A stretch of DNA of 64,000 nt, taken from NCBI RefSeq assembly GCF_006345805.1, contig NC_042997.1, positions 32,240,001 through 32,304,000 on the forward strand. The letters run 5' to 3'. This DNA comes from Octopus sinensis (lineage: Eukaryota). This document shows, piece after piece, positions 49,218 through 62,789 of this stretch (positions within the stretch are counted from its first letter, which is position 1; every line of letters begins with the position of its first letter). Both the position numbers and the translations under genes were made by a program. Below the pieces are notes generated by a model that was not told the origin of the DNA, searched no databases, and was given only the letters and a program-made list of their open reading frames with translations.

Positions 49218-52200
49218 TTCATCTATTTCTAATTAAGAACTTTGTTTACTAGAGCTTAAGCTAAAAATGAAATTAATACCATAGATTAAATTTTCCCTCC
49301 CCTCTTCCCTCTTGGTATTGTTTTAGCTGAATAGGTTATGGTGACATCTCCCGTTAACATATTATGATAAATAAACTTGCTTGGAATATCATTTTCCATG
49401 CTTAATCAAAGGTTGGAAATATGTTTAGATATTATATTAATGAACTGAAAACTGCGTTTAAAAAAAGCAGGGAAAAAAGGTATTTTCTACACATCCATAA
49501 ACAAGCTTATTTAAGTTTGAGTGTGCAGTTCATACTTGAAAGTGCATTTGCACACAGAAAAAGATATTCCCATCCCTAATACACTATGTACCTGTGTGCA
49601 TATGTACACAACACACACACACACACACACACATGCATGCACATACACACAAGCTTCTCCAACAATTGTTAATGAATATTCAGATGCCTTTCTGAACATA
49701 AACCTTCAGAAATACACATATACATAAAACAAAACATACACACACACGCACACACATACACATACATACATATATATATATCTTCTTATTATTATTATTT
49801 TGTACAATTTCTTTTTTAAATTTATATCTTTTAATTACAATATAATATACTTAATTGAATGTTTGTCTTGTAGCAGTCTTTTGTCATAAGCCATAAATGT
49901 GTATGTAGTGGGTATGTGTACATATGTGTGTGAGGGTGGAGAGAGAGAGAGAGAGTGAGGGAGCTTTACCACCAGTCATTTTACTGTTTCTTTCTTCTCT
50001 CTCTCTCTCTCTCAACTCTCCCCTCTTGGTTCTCTAATTTTCTGTCTGCTTGGCAAAAAATGCTTTAATATCAGCAAAAATAGCATTTAAGAAAAAATAA
50101 CAATTTTTATCAATAAATGAAATTGAGTGGTAATTTTTCTCTTTATGATGGTTGTGGCAGTGGTGGTTGGGTTGGGAGACACTGAACAGAGATCTTGTAA
50201 TGTCATGATGCAGAGGAAAATAGTTTAAATAATCACCGTGAAAGCTTACTTTGATATTTAAATCAGCTCTTAGCATATGTGTGCGTGTGTTGCGTTGTAT
50301 GTGTGTATGCATCTCTGTGTGTATTTATGCTTGCAAACTTACTTATATATGAGTAATTCTGTTTTAAATTCAAATGAGTGTGTATGTACATACATACATA
50401 AAACATATGACTAATTTTGCTGTTCTGAATAAATTTACTGACTGTTTGTATATCAGTCAGGATGAAGTATTTTCCAAGGAAGGCTGAAAGTTATATCTGA
50501 AAAGGATGTTTGTAACTGAATTCTTAACCCTTCCCTTCTCCATCTTATATATATAATATAATTTAATGTTTGTGTGTAAAATATCCAAATGAATGTCTGA
50601 TTTTCAAATACATAAAACAATAAGGAACAGAAAAGATATGGGCTCCAAAGGCTACATGCCTAAATAGTGTAAAAAAAATACAAATATATATTTCTTTACT
50701 GCCCACAAGAGGCTAAACATAGAGGGGACAGACAAAGGGATTAAGTCGATTACATTGACCCCAGTGCGAAACTGGTACTTTATTTATTGACCCCAAAAGG
50801 ATGAAAGGTAAGATTCTGCAAGCCATAATAAAGGTAAGCCATCTTAGAGAACAGTAACTCTAAATAAAAACCGGTGTTCAACTCTTTAGTCCTGCTCTTC
50901 TGCTGGTAAAATGATAAAATATATGCCATCTCAGTTGATGGTAAAGGTCTGTGACAGGTGGTGAGACACTGTGAATCTTGTGCAACCCATATCAGCATGG
51001 AATAGCAGGTGTGAAAAGATGAGGATGATAATACACTTAACTCATTCCTTTCACAGGTGTGTATTTAGCAGGTTTATGTTTGCAAAAGCTATTAAAATGT
51101 TTATACATGTATATGTACCATTATGTAGTAATTCAGAGAATGGTGCCTTGAAAGGGGTGCCCTGTTGTCTTCTCCAGGCTCAGCAAATGATTTTAGCTCA
51201 GCACTGTATGATAAGACATTTGTCAAGTATACACTTCCTTCTTATATTGCTTATTCCAATAAGTTCCACTGCTCATGGTACATATTTAGATGAGATTGGA
51301 CTGGATTGTTAAAACTTACTGTGCAATACCAGAGTCAAGATTTGAAATATAAACTCCTCCAGCTGTTAGGCAAACACCTTAATAATTTGATGGTCTTTAT
51401 TGAATGATGTGGCTTCATTGAATGGTTGTGTGGTTAAGAAGTTTGCATTGCAATCATCAATCATAGAGTTCTGGGTTTGATCCCATTGCTTTGCACCTTG
51501 GGCAAGTATTCTATTATATGCTTGGGGTGATGCAAACCTCTTGAGTAAAACTGGAGAAATGCATGTTGTGCAGAAGCCTGTTGCATGAGCTTTAATTGTT
51601 CTTATGTCATAGATACAACCCTTTGCTTGTTTCACATCACCACTTCACCCTGAGTATATTTTGCTGAATTTATTTTGATGTAAATAGTAAACATTGAGAC
51701 CAGGTATTTGATATTAGTATACATGCACTGCTCTCTACTGAGTTGTATTTTCTTCCTTCCTTTCCCATACTATTTTCAGGGGCCCTTCAAATGTTAAAGG
51801 CACTGCCCTTTCCGTTCTAAGTTATGCAATTTTTATCTACCATAGAGAAAGTTTACTATTTTTTTTAATTCTTGGTTTGGCTCTCTGGGACCATATCTAA
51901 CCTATTTTTGTTATAATCTTGATATCCTCATTCTCTTTAAAATTCAACATATTTATCTCCAAATGTTGCAGTATGTATGTTATGTATGTATGTATGTATG
52001 ACTGCTTCAAGAATATTAAGAGGTTGTGAGTAGGTATAATGTAATTTAACTCAAACTGATCACCATGTAAACTAGTAACAAAAACATTCACTAGATATAA
52101 TTGTATAAGTTTGTTTGGTATATTTTAAATAAATCATAGATGTCTTTAACTTTGAAATTAAATTGTTCTTGATATTAAACATTATAAGAACCAATTTCAG

Positions 52201-55200
52201 ATGGAGAAGCTGGTTGAAAATCTGCATCTGTTGCTGCCTGCTGTTCGTATTCAGGCCAGTGATCAAGACTGTATATGATTACTCAATTTGCAAGAAATAC
52301 CAACCAAATTTCCTTAAAATTACACTTTATCATTTAAGAAAAAAAAGTCATGTACCCAGAATACTATATATAAAAAAAATAGATGGGATTGTTACAGCAG
52401 GAAGGCCTTTAGTCAAAGCTCTGTTTTAATCTGAGCTTGTCCTGGCCAAACGAGTACTAATATTACAATCACTATGAAGGTGGCAAAGCTGGCAGAAACT
52501 TTACTGCACTGGGAAGAGTGTTTTATGGCATTTCTTGCAACTTTACATTCTGAGTTCAAATGCTGCCACAGTCACCTTTGCCTTTTATCCTTTCAGGGCT
52601 GATAAAATAAAGTACCAGTTGAACACCGGAGTCAATGTAATTGATTTATCCTATTCTCTGAAACCGTGGGCCTTGTACTAACATTTGAAATCAGTATTAC
52701 AATCAATGGTTCTATAAGAAAAATCTCATTACCACCATCATTAGTGAATCAACAAGAGAGCTTATATATAGTCACTGAACAGGCTACAAATCTCCCACAT
52801 GAAATAATTTAATCCTAGATATACAATGTGTGAAAAGGCAGGATTGTCATGGTTAGAATGTCTGCTGGAGCTGACCTAGCAGAGCTAAACAACAACAACA
52901 CTATCATTACCATTTCTATTGCTATTACTGTCAGTTGACTAGATTTGTGGTGACAGCAAATCTCCTTTAATAACCGGTACTTTTTCTACTGCTAATGCTG
53001 CAATCTGACAGATACTGAGGAGTGCAAGGTTAAATATAGTATTTCATTGTTGCCCTATATTCTGTAGTCGTGCCTTCTCCAACATCATTATGATTTTTCC
53101 CCTCTTCTATGCTTGTGAGATAAGAAGCAATAGTAATAAAGTCATTTAGTCTTGAGCCCTATCAAAAGAAATGATTCTCGCTGTTCTTATTCTCCTAATA
53201 ATCAGTTGAACTTGATACCTGTTTCCTAGCCTCGTTTAAAACTATCGTTTTATTTCACTGTCAGAAAATGGTAACCCCCCCACCCCCCAAAAAAACAAAC
53301 AAACCATATTCTCATTCTTTAAGCTTTAATCAAACTGACAAGAAAGCATCTAGGTGACCACTCAATCTTCTAGAAATAGCTACCAAATCATTCTCAGATC
53401 ACATCCTACTGTTTTAAAAAAGATCACCTAAGATAATGTAGTCCTAGATAAATGGTCTGAACAAAAAAAGATAGTATGGTTATGTAAGGAAAACTTTTCA
53501 TTATAGATTTACTCACTTAGAACCAACCTTAGTATAATCAACTATTAAACTTCAATTGCTAATATTTGTATTGTTTTAAATAAACATATCTTCATGTATT
53601 TAACCATTGTAACCATTCTACCAGAAACCTCCACCAAATGTTTACTGTTTCAATTGATTTTGTTTTTCTTCTTTTTCTTTTCATTCTTATGCTATAGCTG
53701 AATAAGATTCTGGGCCCCAGCTCCAAATTATATTAACTAAAACCCACGTTTTCGTGTCTGTAGACAAAATACATTGATTTACCTCACCTATTAGGTTTTT
53801 ATATATAAATTGCTGACTAGATTGTAAGAATAAAATTGTGTGTTAACAATTTTTCTGTTTTGTTACATTGCATCATTTTCCTTGTGAGATCTTTTAGGCA
53901 GAGCAACTATTTTTACACAGTTGGATGCCTTTCCTGCTGCTAACTATTCAACTGTAAAGTAGAAATGAAATGTGTTCTTTTATGACTAGAGCAAGTAGAG
54001 TTATATGATTTGATCTAGGGCTCAACATAAGGGTGCAGTAACATTTGAACTTTTTAAAAACATTAAAAGGGTAAGAGCTAACAAGGGCACAATTAACATG
54101 CTTGAAATAGTAGCCAAATCTCATGCAACTTACACCCTACCATCTAGAATGAGAGATGGAACATTGGATAGTCTCTGGTATACATAAAGGACAGTCATAG
54201 CAGGAACACATTTGGGTATAGATCTGCTCAGAGTTGACTTGAAGCTAAACACCAGCAACATTAAATGAACAATTGTCCTTACATTGTAATACATTTCTGA
54301 CAATATCTGGTCATGTCTTAATTACTATAATAAAGCATTTTAAAATTAAATAAAAATAGAAAAACTATTTTATTTTCAAACAATAGTATGAAGGAAAAAT
54401 TGTAAGTGAAAGGTATCAACCATATCAAATGACCAGATAGATATTTTGTATAAAAGCTGCTTTCTGTTCATAATCTCGAACCAGACTAACCTTAGAATAT
54501 TTGTTCTTGATTTATATATTTTTGATACACTTCATGACTGTGTGCTGTTGCCATTTATTACTACATAAATTGGAAGCCCCCTAACCTCTCTAAAACTGAC
54601 ACTTTAATTGGTCAGTTATAACAATGATTGTTACTTTTGTACATATTATGCAGACATTTTGTCTGTTATATTTTTTCATCAAAACAGAGAAGAAAAAAAG
54701 TCCCCTCATTGATAATCAGCCTTGACATTTAGTTTTTTTCTTTTGTTTTGTTCTGTTCTTTTTGTTACATCCTCTTTCCCTAAATAAATATATTAGATAG
54801 ACAAAACTACTTTTAAATAAGTTAGGTCAGGTCAGTATCATTCCATTCACATGTTATTTGAACATCATGTAGGGAGGGTGAAATGTGATTTATGGAGCCT
54901 GACTCCGATGCCTTTATGCCATCAAAGATAACCCTTTTGTGTCAGATGCTTTCAATGAAATGCACTGCATATATTTTTCAATTAATTTCGAAAATAATGA
55001 AGAATCTGAAAAAAATTGATAATGTAACATTTTTCTTATTAAGTTGAGGTTTGTAACATATCTTAAAAGGTTATTACATAAAAAACTATAATGGGAAAGT
55101 TATAATTTCAACCTGATCTCTTTAAAGTGAGCATTCTGTATAAGAGAAAAAAGCCTCAACTGGGTTGATTGCTAAAGAGTTAATGCCTTCCTGTAATGTT

Positions 55201-55599
55201 ATATTCTCTGTTAGTCGCTTTTACATTGCATTCTGACAGGAGTACTAAAATAGTTATTAGTAATATGCTAGAGTTGACTCAATTAATCATAATTTTTTTT
55301 TTTTTTGTAAATGGCAAAATTGGTACAATCATACAGTGATTTTTGTTGTTGTTGTTGTTGTTATTTTTGGTGCAAGAATAGCCATGTTAAAAATTCACTT
55401 TGGAACCACATGGTTTAGGATCTTTTTCTCTACTGCTTGGCACTCTTAGCTGATGCCTGTTACTATGGCTGCCAGCTGACCAATGCCTTGTGAGAGAAAT
55501 GGTTGATAGAAATTGTTTAAAGCCTGGCTTGTGTGTATGTAAATCTTATAAATCATCTTCATACATACATACATACAAACACACAAACAAACAAACACG

Positions 55600-55741
55600 C
55601 ATCATCATTTAGCATCCATTGTCCATGCTGGTATGGGTTGGACAGTTTGACCAGGGCTGACAAGCTGAAGGACTGCACCAGATCCTAGTCTGATTTGGCA
55701 TGGTTTCAGTGGTTGGATGTCCTTCCTAATGCCAACCACTC
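55600..55741 (-). mobile_element. Family A terminal module, old copy
   Basis: CATCATCATTTAGCATCC...CCATGCTGGTATGGGTTGGAC...GGATGTCCTTCCTAATGCCAACCACTC. Confidence 0.75.
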
Positions 55742-56239
55742 TGATACGGAAGACAGAGTATGTTGGCATACTACTAGGGACATACCCAAAATACAGTTTA
55801 GATGCTAAATTTTAAATTTAAAAGCTAAAATCTTCAGGCATGGCTGTGTAGCAAGAAACTTGCTTTCCAAATTGTTTCTGATTTAGGCACAAAGTCAACA
55901 CTTTTTTGGGAGGGTGACTTAGCTGATTTAATTAAGCCCAGTACTTAACTGGTACTTTAGTTTGCTTTTCTTCTGACTTCAGAAGAATGAAAGGCAAAGT
56001 TGAGCTGGATGTGATTTGAACTCAAAATGTAAAGATTTGGTTAAAAAAAAACAAAAAAACACCCATTAAGACAACCTCTGCCTCTCAGATGACTTTGCCA
56101 ATCAACTGTAAAACTAATTGCAAAGTCCACAATTGTGTCAACTGCTAATTGTTGTCATTTCAGTTCACTTACGTTGTTAATTATTTCTCCCTCCCTCTCC
56201 CAACCCCCTTCCTCTCTCTTTACTTTAGAGAATGTGGGT

Positions 56240-56660
56240 GTACCCAAGAGTTTCACAATCCTTTTAAGACTGGTAGAGGTCAATTCTGATAATTTTGTCG
56301 AACAGTTGCATGTAAACAAATCTAGGGGAAAATGTAAACAGAGAAGGAATTCCAAAGAGCTGACATTCTGGGAAAGGAAGACTAGGGCCATAAAATTGCT
56401 ATTGCCAAGCTTGAAGTGGACAATTTCCTGGTAATGAGGAGAGGAGAGGAGTGAGTCGAAAATGCTCTCTGCCACTGGCCTCAGAGCTGACCGGTCTTAT
56501 ACCGCTTATACTCAAAGAAGCACAGACCATTGTAGTGTAAAAGACAGAAAAAGGAAACATGGGCTGTGTGCTATATCTAATCCTCTCCAGCTGAGGTCTT
56601 GTGTTTTGTCAAAAGAAATCATTATATATTCATCAAGAATGGTGTTGTTGCATTAGTAGA
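56240..56660 (-). pseudogene. decayed LINE ORF2 3' end (same broad group as 37920-38600)
   Basis: Minus-strand pieces SFSVFY(H)YNGLCFFE (approx. SLSLFYRYYNG.CS.E) and SSFPRMSALWNSFSVYIFP (approx. SFFPRTS.LWNSLP..VFP). Confidence 0.6.
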
Positions 56661-57292
56661 AAACCATTATTGATTTTACATTGTACTACTTTCAAAAACT
56701 CATTGTCTTTCAATGAAATTCTTATTTTCAGTTCAGCCAGCCATTATGCCATGATCTGTAAAATATGCACTAATAGCATACTTGGAACTACTATATTTGT
56801 TTATATTTATCTTGTAGTAGCTTAAATATAAAGTAGTGGTTATTTTTAATTGACCTAAGTGTGTTTTTAATGATAAATGAAATTGTAGCATGAAATTAGA
56901 TTGGATAACTATTTCTCGGCTGCTGTTTTTGTTTAACCCTAAATCAGTTCTGATCTAACCAACCAACAATTAAATGGCATAGCAGCTTATGACTGCTAAT
57001 CTTTTCTGGTTCTTTGTGTGTGAGGTCACACTATGCAGCCTGCCCTTCCTAATTAAAGATAGTAGGTATGATTGTAGGGAGATTTGTCTGCTATTTTTAG
57101 TAGATTAACTGTCTCTGTTGATGCTCCCTTGTTGGTTTATCTATTTATTAATAAAATAGATAGCAAGTAAATTAGTGCATGCAATCATTGTCATATCAAT
57201 GAAGCTACATATAAATGATATAAATGAGTTACTATTAATTGGTACTTCAGAAAGAATTTTTATATTGTTAACCTTTTTTTATCTGTTTGTGT

Positions 57293-57625
57293 CCGTTGCC
57301 AGCCACGCCTGGCCCCCGTGCCGGTGGCACGTAGCACCATCCGTTCGTGGCCGTTGCCAGTCTCGCCTGGCCCCCATGCCAGTGGCATGTAAAAGCACCA
57401 TCCGTTCGTGGTCGTTTCCCAGCTCCGTCTGGCACCTGTGCGGGTGGCACGTAAAAAGCACCCACTACACTCACGGAGTGGTTGGCGTTAGTAAGGGCAT
57501 CCAGCCGTAGAAACACTGCCAGATCAGACTGGGCCTGATGCAGCCTTCTGGCCTCACAGACCCCAGTTGAACCGTCCAACCCATGCTAGCATGGAAAGCG
57601 GACACTAAATGATGATGATGATGAT
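57293..57625 (+). mobile_element. Family A retroposon (three hairpin modules and terminal module)
   Basis: GCCAG-CCACGC-CTGGC, GCCAG-TCTCGC-CTGGC and CCAG-CTCCGT-CTGG modules, then the terminal module and (GAT)n. Confidence 0.9.
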
Positions 57626-58872
57626 ATTTATACTGGAACTGAACTCTTAACCTTTATTGTATGCTTAAATACAATACATTTGCTCCCATATTACTGCATA
57701 ACAGATAAGAATCCATTCTGCCGTTATAAGATCAGTCAACAAAAGAACCAACACAGTCACTTGCCTTGTTAAAAGTAGCAGCCAAATCTCTAATTAAATT
57801 GCATCTTACTCCTATAGAAAAAAGAACATATTGGACAATATGATTTGAGATATACGAAAAAAAAAAAAATCAGGATGGTCATGGTTGAAATATCATTGAT
57901 CATAGGTCTGCTAGATCAGAGCTAACTTGAGATTAAGCAACCATAACCTGTAAAAATTGTATCTTGCATGGAATAAATGTTTGAGCTCAGTCCAGCCCAA
58001 CACATACATACAGGTTCATGGTATCTAATTTGAAAGAAGAAAAAAAAAAAGCAGCCCAGAAAAGATAAGATTAATCCCAAATCATTTTTATCGGTTTTAA
58101 TAATAAGCTTATTGAAGTATGAGATTTGAGTCCTGTATTCTGGCAGAATCTTGGTAGACAAGATAAAGTGCAGTAAGTTACAAACTAGTTTGGCTTCAGA
58201 ATCGTTGGCCATTGAATAAAAATAAATACATTTTTACCATGTAAATAGTCAACAAATGTTGAATGAAAAAAAAAAAAAACAGTGCATAGAGGTTGGCAGT
58301 GGATGATATACAGGTTATAAGAATATTACCAAGGAAGAAGACTTAGAACTGAGAAATGTCAGATGAGATTTTAGAAAGCTATGCCTTGTATATAAAGTAG
58401 TGCAAAAATAGAAACTTGTGGGTTGAAGCTATTGTGCATTGGTCTCCTATCCATGCAAGACAGAAAAACTGGACAATATAATTACTGCCATTACAGTTTG
58501 AAAGTTATCTAACTTTGTATTTCACTTACTCTTTTCTTAAATTTCATGTTAATTTAAATGTTTTGCTTTGGCATACATCATCCACACAAACATACAACAG
58601 CACACATGCATTTATGTATACGTGAACGTGTCTTGTGATCTTCATAATTATAAAGGATATCTGATATCATTCTACCAGAGAACTGTGATGATGAGGTGAA
58701 CTCGTGAAATGGTTAAAGTTTGGAAGTTCTTTTCATTGTTTATGAAGTATTTTTTTGTTGGGAATAGAATTAAAATTGTTATAAAAATATTCTAAAAAAA
58801 GAATATAGAATATTTTAAACATTTATATGGTGACTGTGATATATTTATCATGTAATTTTCTTCTTTTTTCAG

Positions 58873-58919
58873 GTTCCTTATCACATGATGTTATGAAAAA
58901 CCTTGACCAGCTTAGAAAT
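58873..58919 (+). CDS. candidate 47-nt exon ((G)SLSHDVMKNLDQLRN), unverified
   Basis: Strong acceptor TTTTCTTCTTTTTTCAG and donor AAT|GTAAGT; one open frame (phase 1 to 0); no recognisable homology. Confidence 0.25.
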
Positions 58920-59836
58920 GTAAGTATGCATATTCTAGCTTTAACATTACGCAATATGATCTATCATGATTTTCTTTTCTTTTACAATTCAGTAAATATA
59001 TTTGATTATCTTCCAACCCTTTCCTTCTTTATATTTTACTCTTATCTCCTGCACCATTATACGAAACGTGACCTCGGTATAGTGTCTTGATGCTCCTTTT
59101 TGTTTCTCCTTTGTCATCAAATTACCATCATATTTTTTGTAACGTAAAATATTTTTTGTTCTCATTCTTGTTTAAAGAATGAACTTAGAAAGGAGCTTTT
59201 ATGAAGTTACTCAAACTACTCAATGCAAGCAGTCAGATTGCCCCACCCCACAAAAAAAAAGAGAAAAAAAAACGTTTTTTTAAAATATGCCTTAGTTATT
59301 TCATAAACAAGTTGGTAATTTGCTTCCTGTCACTAGCGGTGAATCATGTTTATCCATAGCTAAGTATTTTTTAGCTGCATATTTTCAACCCCAAATTTTG
59401 AATCAGCAATTGCAAGCAGCAATTTCAATCCCTTTTGTATCTATATCTTCAGTAATAGGTGTGTGAGTTGCTCCTATACATTCCATCAACTATCTTTATG
59501 CCTTAGTCAAGCATGACTGTCTAAAGTTTATTTTAAAAATATATTTAATAAACAGCAAGAGGAATGATTCTAACCAAATTTCATGAGTTCAGGCTTGGTT
59601 GTGTGTTTAAGAAATTCTGTGGCTCCTGGTTTTGAGACACCTTGGGCAAGAATCTTCTGCAACCAGCACAGGTCAACCAAAATATTGTGAAATGTATTAG
59701 ATATACAGAAACTTTGCAAAAACCCAACAAATGGACGGCATCTGCTTTTTGGTGAGAAACTTAATGGGACACTGGGTTTAACACAACCATCACCACCTGG
59801 TTTGTGGCTGTCTTTAACAGAGTCTCTTGTAATTAA

Positions 59837-60056
59837 CCCTTTAGTGTTCAAATTAATATGTCAAAAGTAATCGTTATTCATTTACATTTTAAAATATTAA
59901 TCTGGTATTATCTTGTAACTTCAAGATTTGAAAAATGTAATTGTTTATTTTTAGAATGACATTGCAGGGTAGGTGTGAGATGCTGGTTCTGGCCAGTTTG
60001 AGCATGAAATGAGTAGAATATTCAGGCCAGATACAGCTGGTTTAAACATTAAAGGT
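59837..60056. mobile_element. piggyBac-like MITE family 2, opposite orientation
   Basis: TTAA at 59833-59836 and 60057-60060; CCCTTTAGTGTTCA start equals the reverse complement of the 39599-39819 right end. Confidence 0.7.
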
Positions 60057-61054
60057 TTAAAGAACTCAGACCAGGTCTTCAGTCTGGGGATAACTCAATA
60101 TTGTAATGTACTGCTTCTAACTTAACTATTACAACTCATGAACTGTGATTTCTTCTTCCCTTTGCCTGAACAGCCGCAGTGGTAGCTCAGCCACAAAATG
60201 GTTCTGTATACTGCCCTTCTTTCTCTAAGTTAGCCATTCAAAAATTTACCGAAGGAAAAAAAACATTTACTGAAAGAAAATCATATAGAATTGCTGTTGT
60301 TTTTTTAATAAAAAGTGTGGATAGAGGGACGGAGAAGCAGGTTAATCAGATATAAAAGTTCTGCTAAGACTAGAAGCTGTTTCCTTATATATTATTTTAA
60401 TGTAATTGCTTAGTTTTGTTCATGTTTCTTACTACCACCATCGCTCTTCTATTCCGTTATCTCGGGAAGTAGGTAACCAAGAGAAGGGAGAATAAAGTAA
60501 AAAAAAAAAAAAAGCAACTTTTAGCAGTCAGTTGTATGTTTGCGCATGCACATATGCATACATATTTGTGTTCATTTGCATACGATTTGTATGTATGTAT
60601 GCATGCTTATGTTTACATGTACATGCAGATGCATTTCTAAGTGTGTGTGTGTGTGTCTGTTATTGTATAGCCTCTAGGCCAGCTGTGGTTGAGTTGAATG
60701 CCTTTGTGTGTCCATATGTGTGTGTGCAAGTACATGTGTGTGTGTGCTTGTTTGTCTGTGAAGAGGAAAGAGTAGAAGCTGCCAGAAATTTCCTTGTACC
60801 TGTGCTATATTTTGTTTCATACAGCTGTTATCTGGATTGTATATAAATGCATTATAAATGCATTATGCACACATAATCATTATAGCTGGCCTAAAGCTAT
60901 ACAGACAGACAAAATCTTAGTCTCCAGGAATAGAGATTTTTGGAAAAGGGTTTGTGTTAATTCTTCTAGCATAATTTTTCAGACAGAAATGTTTCAAGGA
61001 AACATTTTTGTTTTTTTTTTCAGTTTTTTATATACACTGCTTCCTTTTAAACAT

Positions 61055-61063
61055 ATATATATA

Positions 61064-61098
<35 letters not shown>

Positions 61099-61146
61099 GT
61101 TGAGATTTAGAGAAAAGACGAATATATATATATATGTATATATATG

Positions 61147-61178
<32 letters not shown>

Positions 61179-61211
61179 TATATAGTTGAGATTTAGAGAA
61201 AAGACGAATAT

Positions 61212-61272
<61 letters not shown>

Positions 61273-61301
61273 GTTGAGATTTAGAGAAAAGACGAATATA
61301 T

Positions 61302-61342
<41 letters not shown>

Positions 61343-61366
61343 GTTGAGATTTAGAGAAAAGACGAT

Positions 61367-61427
<61 letters not shown>

Positions 61428-61451
61428 GTTGAGATTTAGAGAAAAGACGAT

Positions 61452-61514
<63 letters not shown>

Positions 61515-61547
61515 GTTGAGATTTAGAGAAAAGACGAATATATATAT

Positions 61548-61580
<33 letters not shown>

Positions 61581-61835
61581 AATATTATTTGAGACAAAAC
61601 CACTATTTTGCAAAACAAACAAGGAAAGACTTAATCAATACATAAAATTTAATAAATAGTCAAAAAATAATAATTAAATTTTATGTATTGATTAAGTCTT
61701 TCCTGTTTGTTTTGCAAAATAGTGGTTTTGTCTCAAATAATATTTATAATATTTTACTATAAATTGGATTTAATCCTAATCTGATTTTTTTTCCTGTAAA
61801 TTTGGATTTATTCCCTAATATTTATTATTATATAT

Positions 61836-61885
<50 letters not shown>

Positions 61886-61908
61886 GAGATTTAGAGAAAA
61901 GACGAATA

Positions 61909-61948
<40 letters not shown>

Positions 61949-61976
61949 GAGATTAGAGAAAAGACGAATATATATA

Positions 61977-62013
<37 letters not shown>

Positions 62014-62080
62014 TATATAGTTGAGATTTAGAGAAAAGACGAATATATATATGTATATATATATATACACACACACACAT
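61055..62080. repeat. array of nine 22-bp units GTTGAGATTTAGAGAAAAGACG separated by variable (TA)n, interrupted by a palindrome
   Basis: Units start at 61099, 61185, 61273, 61343, 61428, 61515, 61883, 61946 (1-nt deletion) and 62020. Confidence 0.95.
61577..61748. repeat. near-perfect palindrome (77/76-bp arms, 19-nt loop)
   Basis: 61577-61653 is the reverse complement of 61673-61748 apart from a 1-nt indel. Confidence 0.92.
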
Positions 62081-62789
62081 ATTTCATATATTTTTTAAAA
62101 CAAGGTCTGTCTGACCTTAAATATTATAACTCCTGTATTGAGACACATATCTGGTCAAGTTATTTACAATGTTGGCCTGCCAACATTATGATTTATTACA
62201 TATATATGAAATATTAAGAAATGTTAGGGCAGAAGGAAGATATTAGTTAAGGAATCAGTGCAGTTTTGACTACTTATTGAAACCAGGTTGCAGAAATTAG
62301 TTTGCTGAGAACATAATTGCACATCATGGTATCAACTTAATAATTTCTTCATTAGCCACAATGAGTTCAAGGGGATAAAATAAAATACAAAGAACATTGG
62401 ACAAGGGGACTTACAAAGGCCTATGGGTTGGGGGTGAACAGATGAATTATATTAAAATGAAGAGAGGTGTGAAAGATTTCATGTAGTATATAATAGGATG
62501 AATTAAACATATCATAAAAAATAAGTATTTGCATATAGAATAAAATTTGAAGCCCTTACTAATTATTATCATTTTGCTTCATTTAATTGTTGCCAGGTAT
62601 CAATAACTTACCTTGGGCAGGTATTGTTATGTGATGCTGGCATTTCACAGCATGATGTTATTATAAAAAGGTATAAAATTGAATTAGACTCTATATAGGG
62701 AAATATAAATTTTAACATAAGTACTTATTAAGAAAATAAAGATATATAAAAGAAGAAACTTCTGCATTAGTTATTCAGCATGACAATGA

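Noticed and set aside
52201-52275. MEKLVENLHLLLPAVRIQ after a CAG acceptor
   Set aside because: No good donor, and the 3' part runs into a family G repeat.
56135-56475. Overlapping 99- and 106-aa ORFs, a possible last exon ECGCTQEFHNPFKTGRGQF*, and a possible Sec UGA at 56287
   Set aside because: The segment is better explained as a minus-strand LINE 3' remnant in another frame; the TGA is immediately followed by TAA.
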